In this document: one piece after another, positions 8,946 to 17,614 of the stretch
How positions within the stretch are numbered: the stretch's first letter is position 1
Layout of the letters: every line of letters starts with the position of its first letter
DNA from: a virus
Reading direction: 5' to 3' (one strand)
IMG/VR virus record: IMGVR_UViG_3300032236_001304
Coordinates: 1 to 64,000 of that record
DNA: 64,000 nt
The notes under the pieces: generated by a model
Seen by the model: only the letters and a program-made list of their open reading frames with translations
Database searches by the model: none
What the model was told of the DNA's origin: nothing
Program-made: the position numbers and the translations under genes

Positions 8946-8983
8946 TAAGTTTCCATATATTTATTCCTAAAAGGAGTAACATT

Positions 8984-9112
8984 ATGGCAAAAGCTAAATC
9001 AGCGGGTTCGAACAACAAGGTTTCATTCGGAAAAAGAAAAACAGGTTCCGCACAGAAATCTTACAACAAACACAGTCCAAAGCCAAAAACTTATCGTGGA
9101 CAAGGAAGATAG
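8984..9112 (+). CDS. small basic protein ending YRGQGR (42 aa)
   Basis: MAKAKSAGSNNKVSFGKRKTGSAQKSYNKHSPKPKTYRGQGR*; AAGGAG SD at 8971-8976, ATATTTAT at 8957-8964; YRGQGR tail recalled from small proteins of T4-like aquatic phages. Confidence 0.75.
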   Translation: MAKAKSAGSNNKVSFGKRKTGSAQKSYNKHSPKPKTYRGQGR

Positions 9113-9114
9113 AA

Positions 9115-9858
9115 ATGTTTAGTAGAGAAGTAACAAATGATTATGGTTCTTATAGTAGAGAAAATGATACTACCATTTTATTTAAAGGAGTATTTGACAA
9201 AAACTTTATAGAACTAAAGACAGTTGACCCTAATACGGAAACTTACAAAGTATTCAATTGTCCTTCTCAATCTATTAATTTCGCAGTAAAGTTGGGGAGT
9301 AATACATATATTCCCCAACATTTATTTGATAGATTAGTAACAGCATATAAAGAAAATAATCCATACTATACCGTAAACGATTTACTTACAATAGAAATGG
9401 ATTTATCTAAAACAATTGCATACATAGAAGGAAAGTATGGTGCAAAGGTAGAAACAAATACAATTACATATGTAGGTTCAACGACATCATTTACATCATC
9501 CGCAGCTAGTGGATCACCATCAGTTACCGGTTCTACTACAAATGTTAATGCAACTACAAAAACAGGTGTAAGTAGTAAGTTAGGTTTAGCAGGAGTTACA
9601 TCATTATCGTTTCAATTTTACAATGATAACATTTCCACCTCTTTAAATGAAGAAGCTATTATACAACATATATTATTTTTATTTGATGAAACAAATGTAA
9701 GAATTAGTGGAAAATATACTAATACTCAGTATCAAAGGAACGATGATTCACAAAGTGTTATATTAGAAAATCTACCGGCATCAACCGATGTAGTTAAGCC
9801 AGTTACAACAAGGGTTACTAATTTAGATGATTATCTAAGAGATGTACAACGAACTTAA
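9115..9858 (+). CDS. hypothetical protein with S/T-rich linker (possibly virion-associated)
   Basis: 247 aa; STTSFTSSAASGSPSVTGSTT segment. Confidence 0.65.
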   Translation: MFSREVTNDYGSYSRENDTTILFKGVFDKNFIELKTVDPNTETYKVFNCPSQSINFAVKLGSNTYIPQHLFDRLVTAYKENNPYYTVNDLLTIEMDLSKTIAYIEGKYGAKVETNTITYVGSTTSFTSSAASGSPSVTGSTTNVNATTKTGVSSKLGLAGVTSLSFQFYNDNISTSLNEEAIIQHILFLFDETNVRISGKYTNTQYQRNDDSQSVILENLPASTDVVKPVTTRVTNLDDYLRDVQRT

Positions 9859-9870
9859 TATTTATATTAT

Positions 9871-10281
9871 ATGGACATCAATAAGTTATTAAAAATTACA
9901 AATATGTACGCTAAAACTAATTGGAGAAAATATTTTGATGAAGGTGCCTCTCCGGCGGTTCATCAATATCTAACTGAAAATGGTGACAGATTATACCCTT
10001 GGATTCTAAAAATTATACAACAAGCAGTTGAAGATAATTTAGAAGAAGTGGCATTGATTAAGTTCACCGATTCTAAAATGTTTGCTACTATCGATAAGAG
10101 TGAGTATAAGGACCTCCTAAATAAAATGATGGAATACTTTATAGAAAAAGAGCAATACGAACAATGTGGAGCTATAAGGGATTTAATTGTATCTATCGAT
10201 AATCCACCTCAACCTAAACCTAAAAGGAAATATACAAAAAGAAAAAAAGTTACAGATGATTATACAAACACAAATATTTGA
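9871..10281 (+). CDS. protein with C-terminal UvrB/UvrC-like motif
   Basis: FIEKEQYEQCGAIRD resembles E.YE.AA..RD. Confidence 0.55.
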   Translation: MDINKLLKITNMYAKTNWRKYFDEGASPAVHQYLTENGDRLYPWILKIIQQAVEDNLEEVALIKFTDSKMFATIDKSEYKDLLNKMMEYFIEKEQYEQCGAIRDLIVSIDNPPQPKPKRKYTKRKKVTDDYTNTNI

Positions 10282-10918
10282 TAATATACTTTCTGTTGAA
10301 GAACAAGATATTTTATTAGAGTTTATGGAATCCGATTATAAAAATTGGACATTTTTACCATATATTTCTTTGGATGAAAAAGATGCTAAGATTGCAATTG
10401 ATGAAGGAATACTAAAGCAATTCCCAGCATATACATTTGATATTACAAAATCAAATTCATTAAAATATGAAAATATATTTAATATTTTGAAAAAAATAGA
10501 ATCAAATGTATGTAAAAATATAGGGGTTAAATTTCAACAAAATTATAGATATAAACTAAATTGTCAACCACCAATAGATAATTATACGATTGATGAATTA
10601 TATAAAAATATTCATTATGATAGACAAACTCAACATATGGTAATACTCTATTATGTTAACGACAGTGATGGCGATACTTTACTTTTTAAAAATAAAAGAG
10701 GACATGATGCACCTGCAAATAATAAAACAAAAAAAGAATGTCAGGATGGTATATTTGACAACGTAGAAATAATACAATCAATTACACCAAAGAAAGGTAG
10801 GGCAGTGATATTTGATGGAACATCATTGCATACGGCAGGTTGGTCTAATACGCAAAATAGATACGCGGTAAATCTAAATATAATATTAGAAAATAATAAA
10901 AAAACAAATTTAATATAA
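10256..10918 (+). CDS. 2OG-Fe(II) oxygenase
   Basis: HYD..LYYVNDSDGDT..FDGTSLH..R; probable start ATG10256 (MIIQTQIFDNILS). Confidence 0.8.
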   Translation: MIIQTQIFDNILSVEEQDILLEFMESDYKNWTFLPYISLDEKDAKIAIDEGILKQFPAYTFDITKSNSLKYENIFNILKKIESNVCKNIGVKFQQNYRYKLNCQPPIDNYTIDELYKNIHYDRQTQHMVILYYVNDSDGDTLLFKNKRGHDAPANNKTKKECQDGIFDNVEIIQSITPKKGRAVIFDGTSLHTAGWSNTQNRYAVNLNIILENNKKTNLI

Positions 10919-10922
10919 AATT

Positions 10923-11459
10923 ATGACAACATATATACCGAATCTTTTAACAAAAGAAGAATGTGAACATTTAGTAAAAGAATTTGACAATGAAAAAAAT
11001 AAATATCCAAACGGAGATGATACAAGTGACTTAACAGGTAATTCACTTGGATATTCAAGTAAAAATAATGAATTTAACAAATATTTAAATAAATTAAAAC
11101 CAAAAATATTGGAATTTTATCCTGAAAATACTGACTTGGCCAATGTCAACACATATGTTAGAGAGTATTTGAATAATTCAAAATTGGGTAGACATATAGA
11201 TAGAATGGATATTGGTGCAACGCTTTCATTATGTTTGGAATTTAATATAAAAAATGAATGGCCATTGTGTGCTGAAATAGAGGGAGAGGCAAAATGTTTT
11301 AATTTAAATGTTGGAGATGGATTATTAATGACAACCGCATATAAAACACCACATTGGAGAGATACAATGTTTTGTGATGAAAATGAAAGAGTAGTTCAAC
11401 TTTTTATACATTGGAAAGAAACCGAATATGTAACTAAAAAAATAAAAACAATACTATAA
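10923..11459 (+). CDS. 2OG-Fe(II) oxygenase
   Basis: REY..LGRHID..GDG..HWR..VQLFIHW. Confidence 0.8.
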   Translation: MTTYIPNLLTKEECEHLVKEFDNEKNKYPNGDDTSDLTGNSLGYSSKNNEFNKYLNKLKPKILEFYPENTDLANVNTYVREYLNNSKLGRHIDRMDIGATLSLCLEFNIKNEWPLCAEIEGEAKCFNLNVGDGLLMTTAYKTPHWRDTMFCDENERVVQLFIHWKETEYVTKKIKTIL

Positions 11460-11460
11460 A

Positions 11461-11994
11461 ATGGTAACAAAATATGAAAATGTATTATCGGATGAGTTAT
11501 ATATTGAAGTAATCGAATATGTTAATAATATTATAAAAAATAAAAAAACAAAACTTACATCTTCTAATTTAGAATGGGATGATAAGCTTAAAGGAAATAG
11601 TGAAGCAGTTTTAAGATATGAATTTGATAATAGTGATTCATTAATTTTTAAAAAAATAAAAAAAGAACTAGAAAATAAAATTCCATATTTTATACAAAGA
11701 ATGGTTTTACATTTGTGGCCTAATTTAAGTTATATAACTTGGCACGATGATAGTCAATCTACTGCCGCATTAACTTTATATTTGAATAAAAATTGGGATG
11801 ATAATTGGGGTGGTTATTTAATGTACAAAGAAGATAATGAAATAAAGGCAATTAAACCGGAAAAGAATTTAGCAGTTTTACAAGAAAATAAAGTTGGACA
11901 TTGTGTAACAACAATTAATATGGGAGCAGATACTAGGATATCATTACAATTTTTTTTAAAGCAAAATTTAAAAAAAATAAAAACATTACTTTAA
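11461..11994 (+). CDS. prolyl-4-hydroxylase-like 2OG-Fe(II) oxygenase
   Basis: WHDD..LYLNKNWDDNWGG..HCV..RISLQ. Confidence 0.85.
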   Translation: MVTKYENVLSDELYIEVIEYVNNIIKNKKTKLTSSNLEWDDKLKGNSEAVLRYEFDNSDSLIFKKIKKELENKIPYFIQRMVLHLWPNLSYITWHDDSQSTAALTLYLNKNWDDNWGGYLMYKEDNEIKAIKPEKNLAVLQENKVGHCVTTINMGADTRISLQFFLKQNLKKIKTLL

Positions 11995-12021
11995 TCTATT
12001 TAAATTAATAAAAAATATAAT

Positions 12022-12600
12022 ATGGCATTTACACATATAGAAATACCAAATTTTTTAACAAAAGAAGAATGTAATAAAATATTAGATTTTTCTTTAAATA
12101 ATTTAGAATTAAAACCAGGAGTAACTGGTCCAACTGGGGAATTATCAAAATATAGAAAATCAAGTATTGAATTATATCCGTATTATAATAAATTTCCATT
12201 TTTATTAGAAAAAATAAGTAAAGTAGTTGATGAATATATAAATGTAAAAGGACATGATTTAGAATATAGAAAAGAAAAATTTCAATTCACACAATATAAA
12301 GTAGGTGAATATTATAATTGGCATGGGGATAGAGAACCCGGTGGTAAAAATGATATTTTAATTTCAGGTCGTTATTGTACTATTGTTATACAATTAAATG
12401 ATGAATATAATGATGGTAATTTAGAATTGGAATTATTTAATGGAGAGCATGTAATAGTTGAAAAAGGAATAGGTAATATGGTTATATTTTTAGCTGAACT
12501 TAAACATAGAGTAGTTCCAGTAAGTTATGGTGAACGATATACCTTAGTAAATTGGATAGGTATTAAACCAAAAGAAAACTATAAAAAAACATTAATATAG
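12022..12600 (+). CDS. PKHD/P4H-type 2OG-Fe(II) oxygenase
   Basis: QFTQY..YNWHGD..QLND.Y.DG.L..HRVVPV..GERYTLVNW. Confidence 0.85.
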   Translation: MAFTHIEIPNFLTKEECNKILDFSLNNLELKPGVTGPTGELSKYRKSSIELYPYYNKFPFLLEKISKVVDEYINVKGHDLEYRKEKFQFTQYKVGEYYNWHGDREPGGKNDILISGRYCTIVIQLNDEYNDGNLELELFNGEHVIVEKGIGNMVIFLAELKHRVVPVSYGERYTLVNWIGIKPKENYKKTLI

Positions 12601-12656
12601 TTTAGGTAAAATTAAAAAGTAGATATTTATATTAAAATAATAAAAAGAATAATAAT

Positions 12657-14156
12657 ATGAGAACAGTATTAATAGGTTCGGATTTTATGTATGATTCCAA
12701 TGGTAATTTAAAATTATTGGAAATAAATACAAATATAACTTGGGAAGGTTTGATGAAAGTTGAAGAAACCGCTGATATATTTGATTTAACAGGTTTAGAT
12801 ACTTTTGTTAAAACTAATAATTTTAGTCAAATACACTATGTTGGTGATATTGTAGATTTAAGTAATTTATTAAAATCATATTGTGATGAAAATTCATTAT
12901 TATATTCTTTTTATCATGTAGGTGGAGATGCTTTAACCGTTCCATATATTGAAGATGCGGAAGACATATTAATAATAAGAAGTGCATATGATACAACTGC
13001 ATTAGTAGATGATACATATTGTGCTGATAAGATTAATTTTATGAATCTTATTAAAAATGAATCATTTGGTTCTCAATTTGCTGTAATTAATGATAATAAT
13101 ATTTTACAAAACAATATAACAGAAATTATTGATAATGGAATTCATCCAAATTTTATTTTAAAAGCAAGTAGCCCTCATTATGATGTTGAGGTATATCCAA
13201 AAGTATTTAAAGTAACAAACCAAACTGAATTAGATACTTTAATTGCAAATAATGTTACAAATGAGTATTTCTTAATGCCATTTTATCTTAATACAAATAA
13301 AACATATAATGGACACCTTGAAATTATAAGAAGCTATAATTTATTAGTTCCACCAAATTTAGAATCAATTCAAATTGGACAATATACTAAATTAAACGAA
13401 AATATATTATTAGATAATGTTACATATAATGAAACAACATTTGAAATTGATGCAATGTATAGAGATAGTTATGTATCAGTTCAAAAAATGTCAGCATTAC
13501 CAAAGGTATTAGATACCGATTTAATTGAAATGGCAGATGGTACATTTAAAACTCCAGCTGAATTAGTAGTAGGTGATTTATTAAAAACAATAGATATTCC
13601 AAATCCTAATAATGAAGATACAGCAAATCCTACTATGAATTATGGTATTACATATGATACATTTATTGGTGGTACAAATTATTCATCAAAACCATTATTA
13701 GCTAAAAAACAAATTAATTCATTTGTAGTAATAAATACTATTACATTTGATGATGATACTAACTGGTATGATGCTGAGTTTTCTTCGTATTTAATAAACA
13801 GAAATGATAATATACAATTTGAAACTTTGATGGAATTAAAATCTGGTGATATTATGTTATTGATAGATAGTTCATCTGAAACATTAAATATTGTTGAAAA
13901 AACAATTAAATCAACACATACAACAAAACAAATTTTTAGTGGTTGGGAATTAACTGTTGAAATTCCTCACTTATTTTTAACTAAAAATCCAGAATCCACG
14001 GTTAATGCTAATTCATATGTTCAGTATGTTGCTGTTCAACACAACGCAGCTTGTCCATATGGTGCATGTTCACCTTGTAGTAATCCATGTGCAAGTTGTC
14101 TTAAACCAAATCCATATTGTGCACCTCAAAATGTATGTGTTTCAACGCATTGTTAA
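12657..14156 (+). CDS. circularly permuted ATP-grasp-like domain + Hint domain + 36-aa Cys/Pro-rich C-terminal peptide
   Basis: GSDFMYDSNGNLKLLEINTN resembles the glutathione-synthetase motif RSDYM..LKQIEINT; Hint motifs LIEMADGTFK..ELVVGD, ELTVEIPHLF and VQHN; then AACPYGACSPCSNPCASCLKPNPYCAPQNVCVSTHC. Confidence 0.7.
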   Translation: MRTVLIGSDFMYDSNGNLKLLEINTNITWEGLMKVEETADIFDLTGLDTFVKTNNFSQIHYVGDIVDLSNLLKSYCDENSLLYSFYHVGGDALTVPYIEDAEDILIIRSAYDTTALVDDTYCADKINFMNLIKNESFGSQFAVINDNNILQNNITEIIDNGIHPNFILKASSPHYDVEVYPKVFKVTNQTELDTLIANNVTNEYFLMPFYLNTNKTYNGHLEIIRSYNLLVPPNLESIQIGQYTKLNENILLDNVTYNETTFEIDAMYRDSYVSVQKMSALPKVLDTDLIEMADGTFKTPAELVVGDLLKTIDIPNPNNEDTANPTMNYGITYDTFIGGTNYSSKPLLAKKQINSFVVINTITFDDDTNWYDAEFSSYLINRNDNIQFETLMELKSGDIMLLIDSSSETLNIVEKTIKSTHTTKQIFSGWELTVEIPHLFLTKNPESTVNANSYVQYVAVQHNAACPYGACSPCSNPCASCLKPNPYCAPQNVCVSTHC

Positions 14157-14188
14157 TATAATAAATTAATTTAATAAAAATACAAAAT

Positions 14189-14281
14189 ATGTCAAAAATA
14201 ATAACCGATTCAGATATCAATATAATGAATACAACATTAAACCAAGTGGGTGCATTAATTATTGCGGTTCATACTTCTTAA
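14189..14281 (+). CDS. small peptide (30 aa)
   Basis: MSKIITDSDINIMNTTLNQVGALIIAVHTS*, A-rich leader; not in the ORF track. Confidence 0.5.
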   Translation: MSKIITDSDINIMNTTLNQVGALIIAVHTS

Positions 14282-14307
14282 TAAAATAATACTAAAAATA
14301 AGTTATA

Positions 14308-14634
14308 ATGGATTTAGATTTTAAAGAAATTACCAGTGCGTGGTATAATAAATTTGTACATACAAACGAAATGAAAGAATTGGCAGATAATAGATTAAAT
14401 ATCTGCTTAGATTGTCCATCTAAATTGGAGGGTATTACAGGATTTCCATTTAGATTAAGATGTGGTGAATGTGGTTGTCCATTAAAAGCAAAAGTATATA
14501 CGGATAAAACATATTTAGATGAAGGGGGTTCTTGTCCATTAAACAAATGGAAAGATATCGAAATAGAACACTTTAAAAAATATAATAAGGCAGAATTCAT
14601 AAAACCGGACAAAAACAAAAAAACATTATTGTAA
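14308..14634 (+). CDS. Cys-rich Zn/Fe-binding protein
   Basis: RLNICLDC..CGECGCPL..K..CPLNKW. Confidence 0.7.
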   Translation: MDLDFKEITSAWYNKFVHTNEMKELADNRLNICLDCPSKLEGITGFPFRLRCGECGCPLKAKVYTDKTYLDEGGSCPLNKWKDIEIEHFKKYNKAEFIKPDKNKKTLL

Positions 14635-15321
14635 ATGTCATTATTAATTAATGATGAATTAATATGGGTTTCAACTCCCAAGTCTGCAAGTACTTCTATA
14701 TTTAATGCTTTTTTAAATTCTAAATTAAACTTAAAAAAAGTAAATGGCTGGGAGTGGAATCAAAATGCACATTTGAGTTTGAACATATTAAAAAATGAAT
14801 TTGGTGATAAAGAAAGTGTTTGCATTACAAGAGATTGGTTTCAAAAATGGATTAGTGCGTTAAATTATATTTGGGATGTTATTGAATATTCTACTCCATT
14901 TGAAACAATATGTAAATGGGAAGAATTAGATAATACTTTTATATATAAACTATTTGATGAATCTTTTTTAAATACATTACATTTTTGCAGTAATGAAGGT
15001 TTAATGGTTTGTTTTCGTAAAATATTATTAAATCCAAATAATTTTACAGATAAGGATTATGAACCTTGGTTTAGAATGATGGGGTTGTTAATTTCAGAAA
15101 AATATTACAAAAGTAATCAAAAATGCACTTACGAATTTGATATTAAAGATATTGATAAATTTATCAATTTTATTGAAAATAGATTTGGTGAAAAACTTGT
15201 ATTAGAAAATACAAATAAATCAACAAGAAGAGAAAATAAAATAATCTTAAATGATGAATTAAAACAATTTGTTTGGGATAATTTTGAAAAAAGATTTGAG
15301 AAAACAAATCATTTAATATAA
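14635..15321 (+). CDS. sulfotransferase family protein
   Basis: PAPS-binding loop STPKSASTS and ITRD..KWISA. Confidence 0.7.
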   Translation: MSLLINDELIWVSTPKSASTSIFNAFLNSKLNLKKVNGWEWNQNAHLSLNILKNEFGDKESVCITRDWFQKWISALNYIWDVIEYSTPFETICKWEELDNTFIYKLFDESFLNTLHFCSNEGLMVCFRKILLNPNNFTDKDYEPWFRMMGLLISEKYYKSNQKCTYEFDIKDIDKFINFIENRFGEKLVLENTNKSTRRENKIILNDELKQFVWDNFEKRFEKTNHLI

Positions 15322-16581
15322 ATGAAAAATACAAATATAATAATATATGTTCATCATTATTATTGTGATTCATTATTATATAAATTAATACATAATACTA
15401 GCGATAAACAAATTTATATAGATGATACTAAAATTGGATATGTAATTTGTAAATATAAAAATATTTCAATTAAATTAGTATTTAATCCAAATATACACGA
15501 TGCGAGTGATGGCTATCATTTAATTGATTTTTATACAACAAAAAAACAAAAATTTATAGATACAAAATACAATAATATTGAATTAGATTCTATAAACAAT
15601 TTAGATGATTCAATTTCGGTAGCAAATGTTATTTATAATAATATCAAAGATAAAAAAGATTGGATTGTACTTTTTTTAAGAACAGAAAAGTTATTTTATA
15701 AATACGAGAACAAATTAAATGATATAAATTTTCTTAAAATAGAAAATTCATTAGAACAATTAAAAAATCATAAAATAATATCGGATAATTGCTTTTTGAA
15801 TGATATCATTGAAGTTAGATATCCAAATTATTATTTTGCATTTACTAATACAATATATCAATGGAACGAAATGATTGGTATTAGATGGTATTATGAATTT
15901 AATCAAATTTATAATAATTTAAATTTTGAGTATAATATAGGGTATTCAGTAAGAAATTTAAAAGAACATAGAACAAAATTATTAATAGAATTATCAAAAC
16001 TAAAAATTAATAAATTATTTTTAACTAAAAGTGATACTGCACAATATGGTGAATACTTTAAAGAACTACCACTTTTAACAAATATAACTACAAATTCAAC
16101 AATAGGAAAAGAAGATTTTGATAATTTAAAATATATACAATTTTCATTTAATATTGGATTAGATTTATTTTTTAGAATTTTTTCAAAATCAAAAATGCAA
16201 ATATTAGATGAAAGTTGGGCATGGTCAACCGGAGATTTTACATCACAGTATTTATCAGAAAAAACAATTGGATTAATAATGGCAGGCATACCATTTATAT
16301 CAATACATCCATATCCATTAGAATTGTTAGAAAAAATTATAGGAATTAGAGAACATCCATTTAAAAAAGAATCAATTTATATAAAAGGAAATCCGGTTAA
16401 AACTGCCAATTTTATTAAAACTTTTATGGATGATTTTGAAAAAAATTATATATTGTGTAAAGATTGGTTAGATGAATGTAGAGAATTATTTTTAAATAAG
16501 ATAAACACAGAAAATTCTTTGTTAGATTTAATGCTTATTTCTTTTAAAAAGGAAAATAACGTAAGTATTAAATTATTATAA
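15322..16581 (+). CDS. 'TEK' family putative glycosyltransferase
   Basis: ILDES..YLSEKT..AGIPFI. Confidence 0.55.
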   Translation: MKNTNIIIYVHHYYCDSLLYKLIHNTSDKQIYIDDTKIGYVICKYKNISIKLVFNPNIHDASDGYHLIDFYTTKKQKFIDTKYNNIELDSINNLDDSISVANVIYNNIKDKKDWIVLFLRTEKLFYKYENKLNDINFLKIENSLEQLKNHKIISDNCFLNDIIEVRYPNYYFAFTNTIYQWNEMIGIRWYYEFNQIYNNLNFEYNIGYSVRNLKEHRTKLLIELSKLKINKLFLTKSDTAQYGEYFKELPLLTNITTNSTIGKEDFDNLKYIQFSFNIGLDLFFRIFSKSKMQILDESWAWSTGDFTSQYLSEKTIGLIMAGIPFISIHPYPLELLEKIIGIREHPFKKESIYIKGNPVKTANFIKTFMDDFEKNYILCKDWLDECRELFLNKINTENSLLDLMLISFKKENNVSIKLL

Positions 16582-16605
16582 TTAATTGATTATCAATAAG
16601 TTATA
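16577..16605. repeat. palindrome of the 1113/1140 family at the cassette end
   Basis: TATAATTAATTGA-TTA-TCAATAAGTTATA. Confidence 0.65.
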
Positions 16606-16622
16606 AAAAATACCCTTATTTA

Positions 16623-16654
16623 GTTGGTAAAGTCATAAAAAAGTCGTATCTTTA
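16623..16654 (+). promoter_or_regulatory. Bacteroidota-type promoter
   Basis: GTTG, 20-nt spacer, TATCTTTA 16647-16654. Confidence 0.55.
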
Positions 16655-16678
16655 GGTATAAACCTTAAACACTAAAAT

Positions 16679-17287
16679 ATGAAGATTTTATCAATTATTG
16701 GTATTGTATTATTATGTGCATGTAATAAAGATGTTACACAACCAATACCAACACAACCCACAATTACATTTTCAATTGATTCGGCTTTAACCGCAAATGG
16801 TAAACAATCTTTATCTAAAGATAATAATGGGTTTTATCATTTAATATTATCTACAACATCAAATCAAACATTAAGTAGAATAACTGGTAAATTATTAGTA
16901 GATGGTAAACCCAATAAAACACCATCGGCAGTTGATTATGATATTGAATGGACAAGTTCACATTTTTGGGTAATAAAAGCAGGGGAAACCATTGGTAAAG
17001 TAGTTAAAACTTACTTTAATCCATATACAGGACAATTACAAACATCACAATTACCAAACTTAATTTCACAATCAGATGTTGTAGTTCCAATTGTAAATTC
17101 ATCATCTTATAGTGATGTAACTACCGGTGAAGTAAATACAATGTTTGCTCCGGTATATCAAATGAAAGGTGATACGATTACTGTCGTAGGTAAAGTTGTA
17201 TATAGTATTGAAATCCCTAAAGATAAATTATTTTCTACAATAAAGATGGATTCCATTCAAAAATCTATAAGAATTATTTGTGATTAG
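16679..17287 (+). CDS. lipoprotein
   Basis: MKILSIIGIVLLCAC signal peptide with lipobox Cys. Confidence 0.7.
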   Translation: MKILSIIGIVLLCACNKDVTQPIPTQPTITFSIDSALTANGKQSLSKDNNGFYHLILSTTSNQTLSRITGKLLVDGKPNKTPSAVDYDIEWTSSHFWVIKAGETIGKVVKTYFNPYTGQLQTSQLPNLISQSDVVVPIVNSSSYSDVTTGEVNTMFAPVYQMKGDTITVVGKVVYSIEIPKDKLFSTIKMDSIQKSIRIICD

Positions 17288-17307
17288 AAAAAAAAGTTGT
17301 ATATTTG
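17277..17307 (+). promoter_or_regulatory. Bacteroidota-type promoter (probably leaderless mRNA)
   Basis: TTTG, 19-nt spacer, TATATTTG 17300-17307; ATG 4 nt later. Confidence 0.7.
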
Positions 17308-17311
17308 AGTT

Positions 17312-17614
17312 ATGATAACAATGCCACAAACACCGATTACTGACCATTCGTTTAAGAAGTGGGGAGCAATTAAAATAGAGGAAAATGATGGTGAATCCGA
17401 TTTTTATTATTGGATATTACCATTACCAAAAGAAGATGATGATTTTAGTGATAGACCTACACTTATATCGATAGCAAGTGATGAGTGGAAAAATATGGAT
17501 TTAAATGAGGGAGAATATTTGGTAACTTTATTTGATAATTTACCAATGTTAGAAACCGAGGAAGAAATTGAATTATTATATAAAATCTTAACTAAAGAAA
17601 ATTTAACAAAATGA
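17312..17614 (+). CDS. hypothetical protein
   Basis: 100-aa acidic ORF. Confidence 0.7.
   Translation: MITMPQTPITDHSFKKWGAIKIEENDGESDFYYWILPLPKEDDDFSDRPTLISIASDEWKNMDLNEGEYLVTLFDNLPMLETEEEIELLYKILTKENLTK

Noticed and set aside
13503-14045. Canonical splicing intein
   Set aside because: No N-terminal Cys/Ser, no TxxH, +1 residue is Ala, and no homing endonuclease; kept as a cleavage-only Hint domain.
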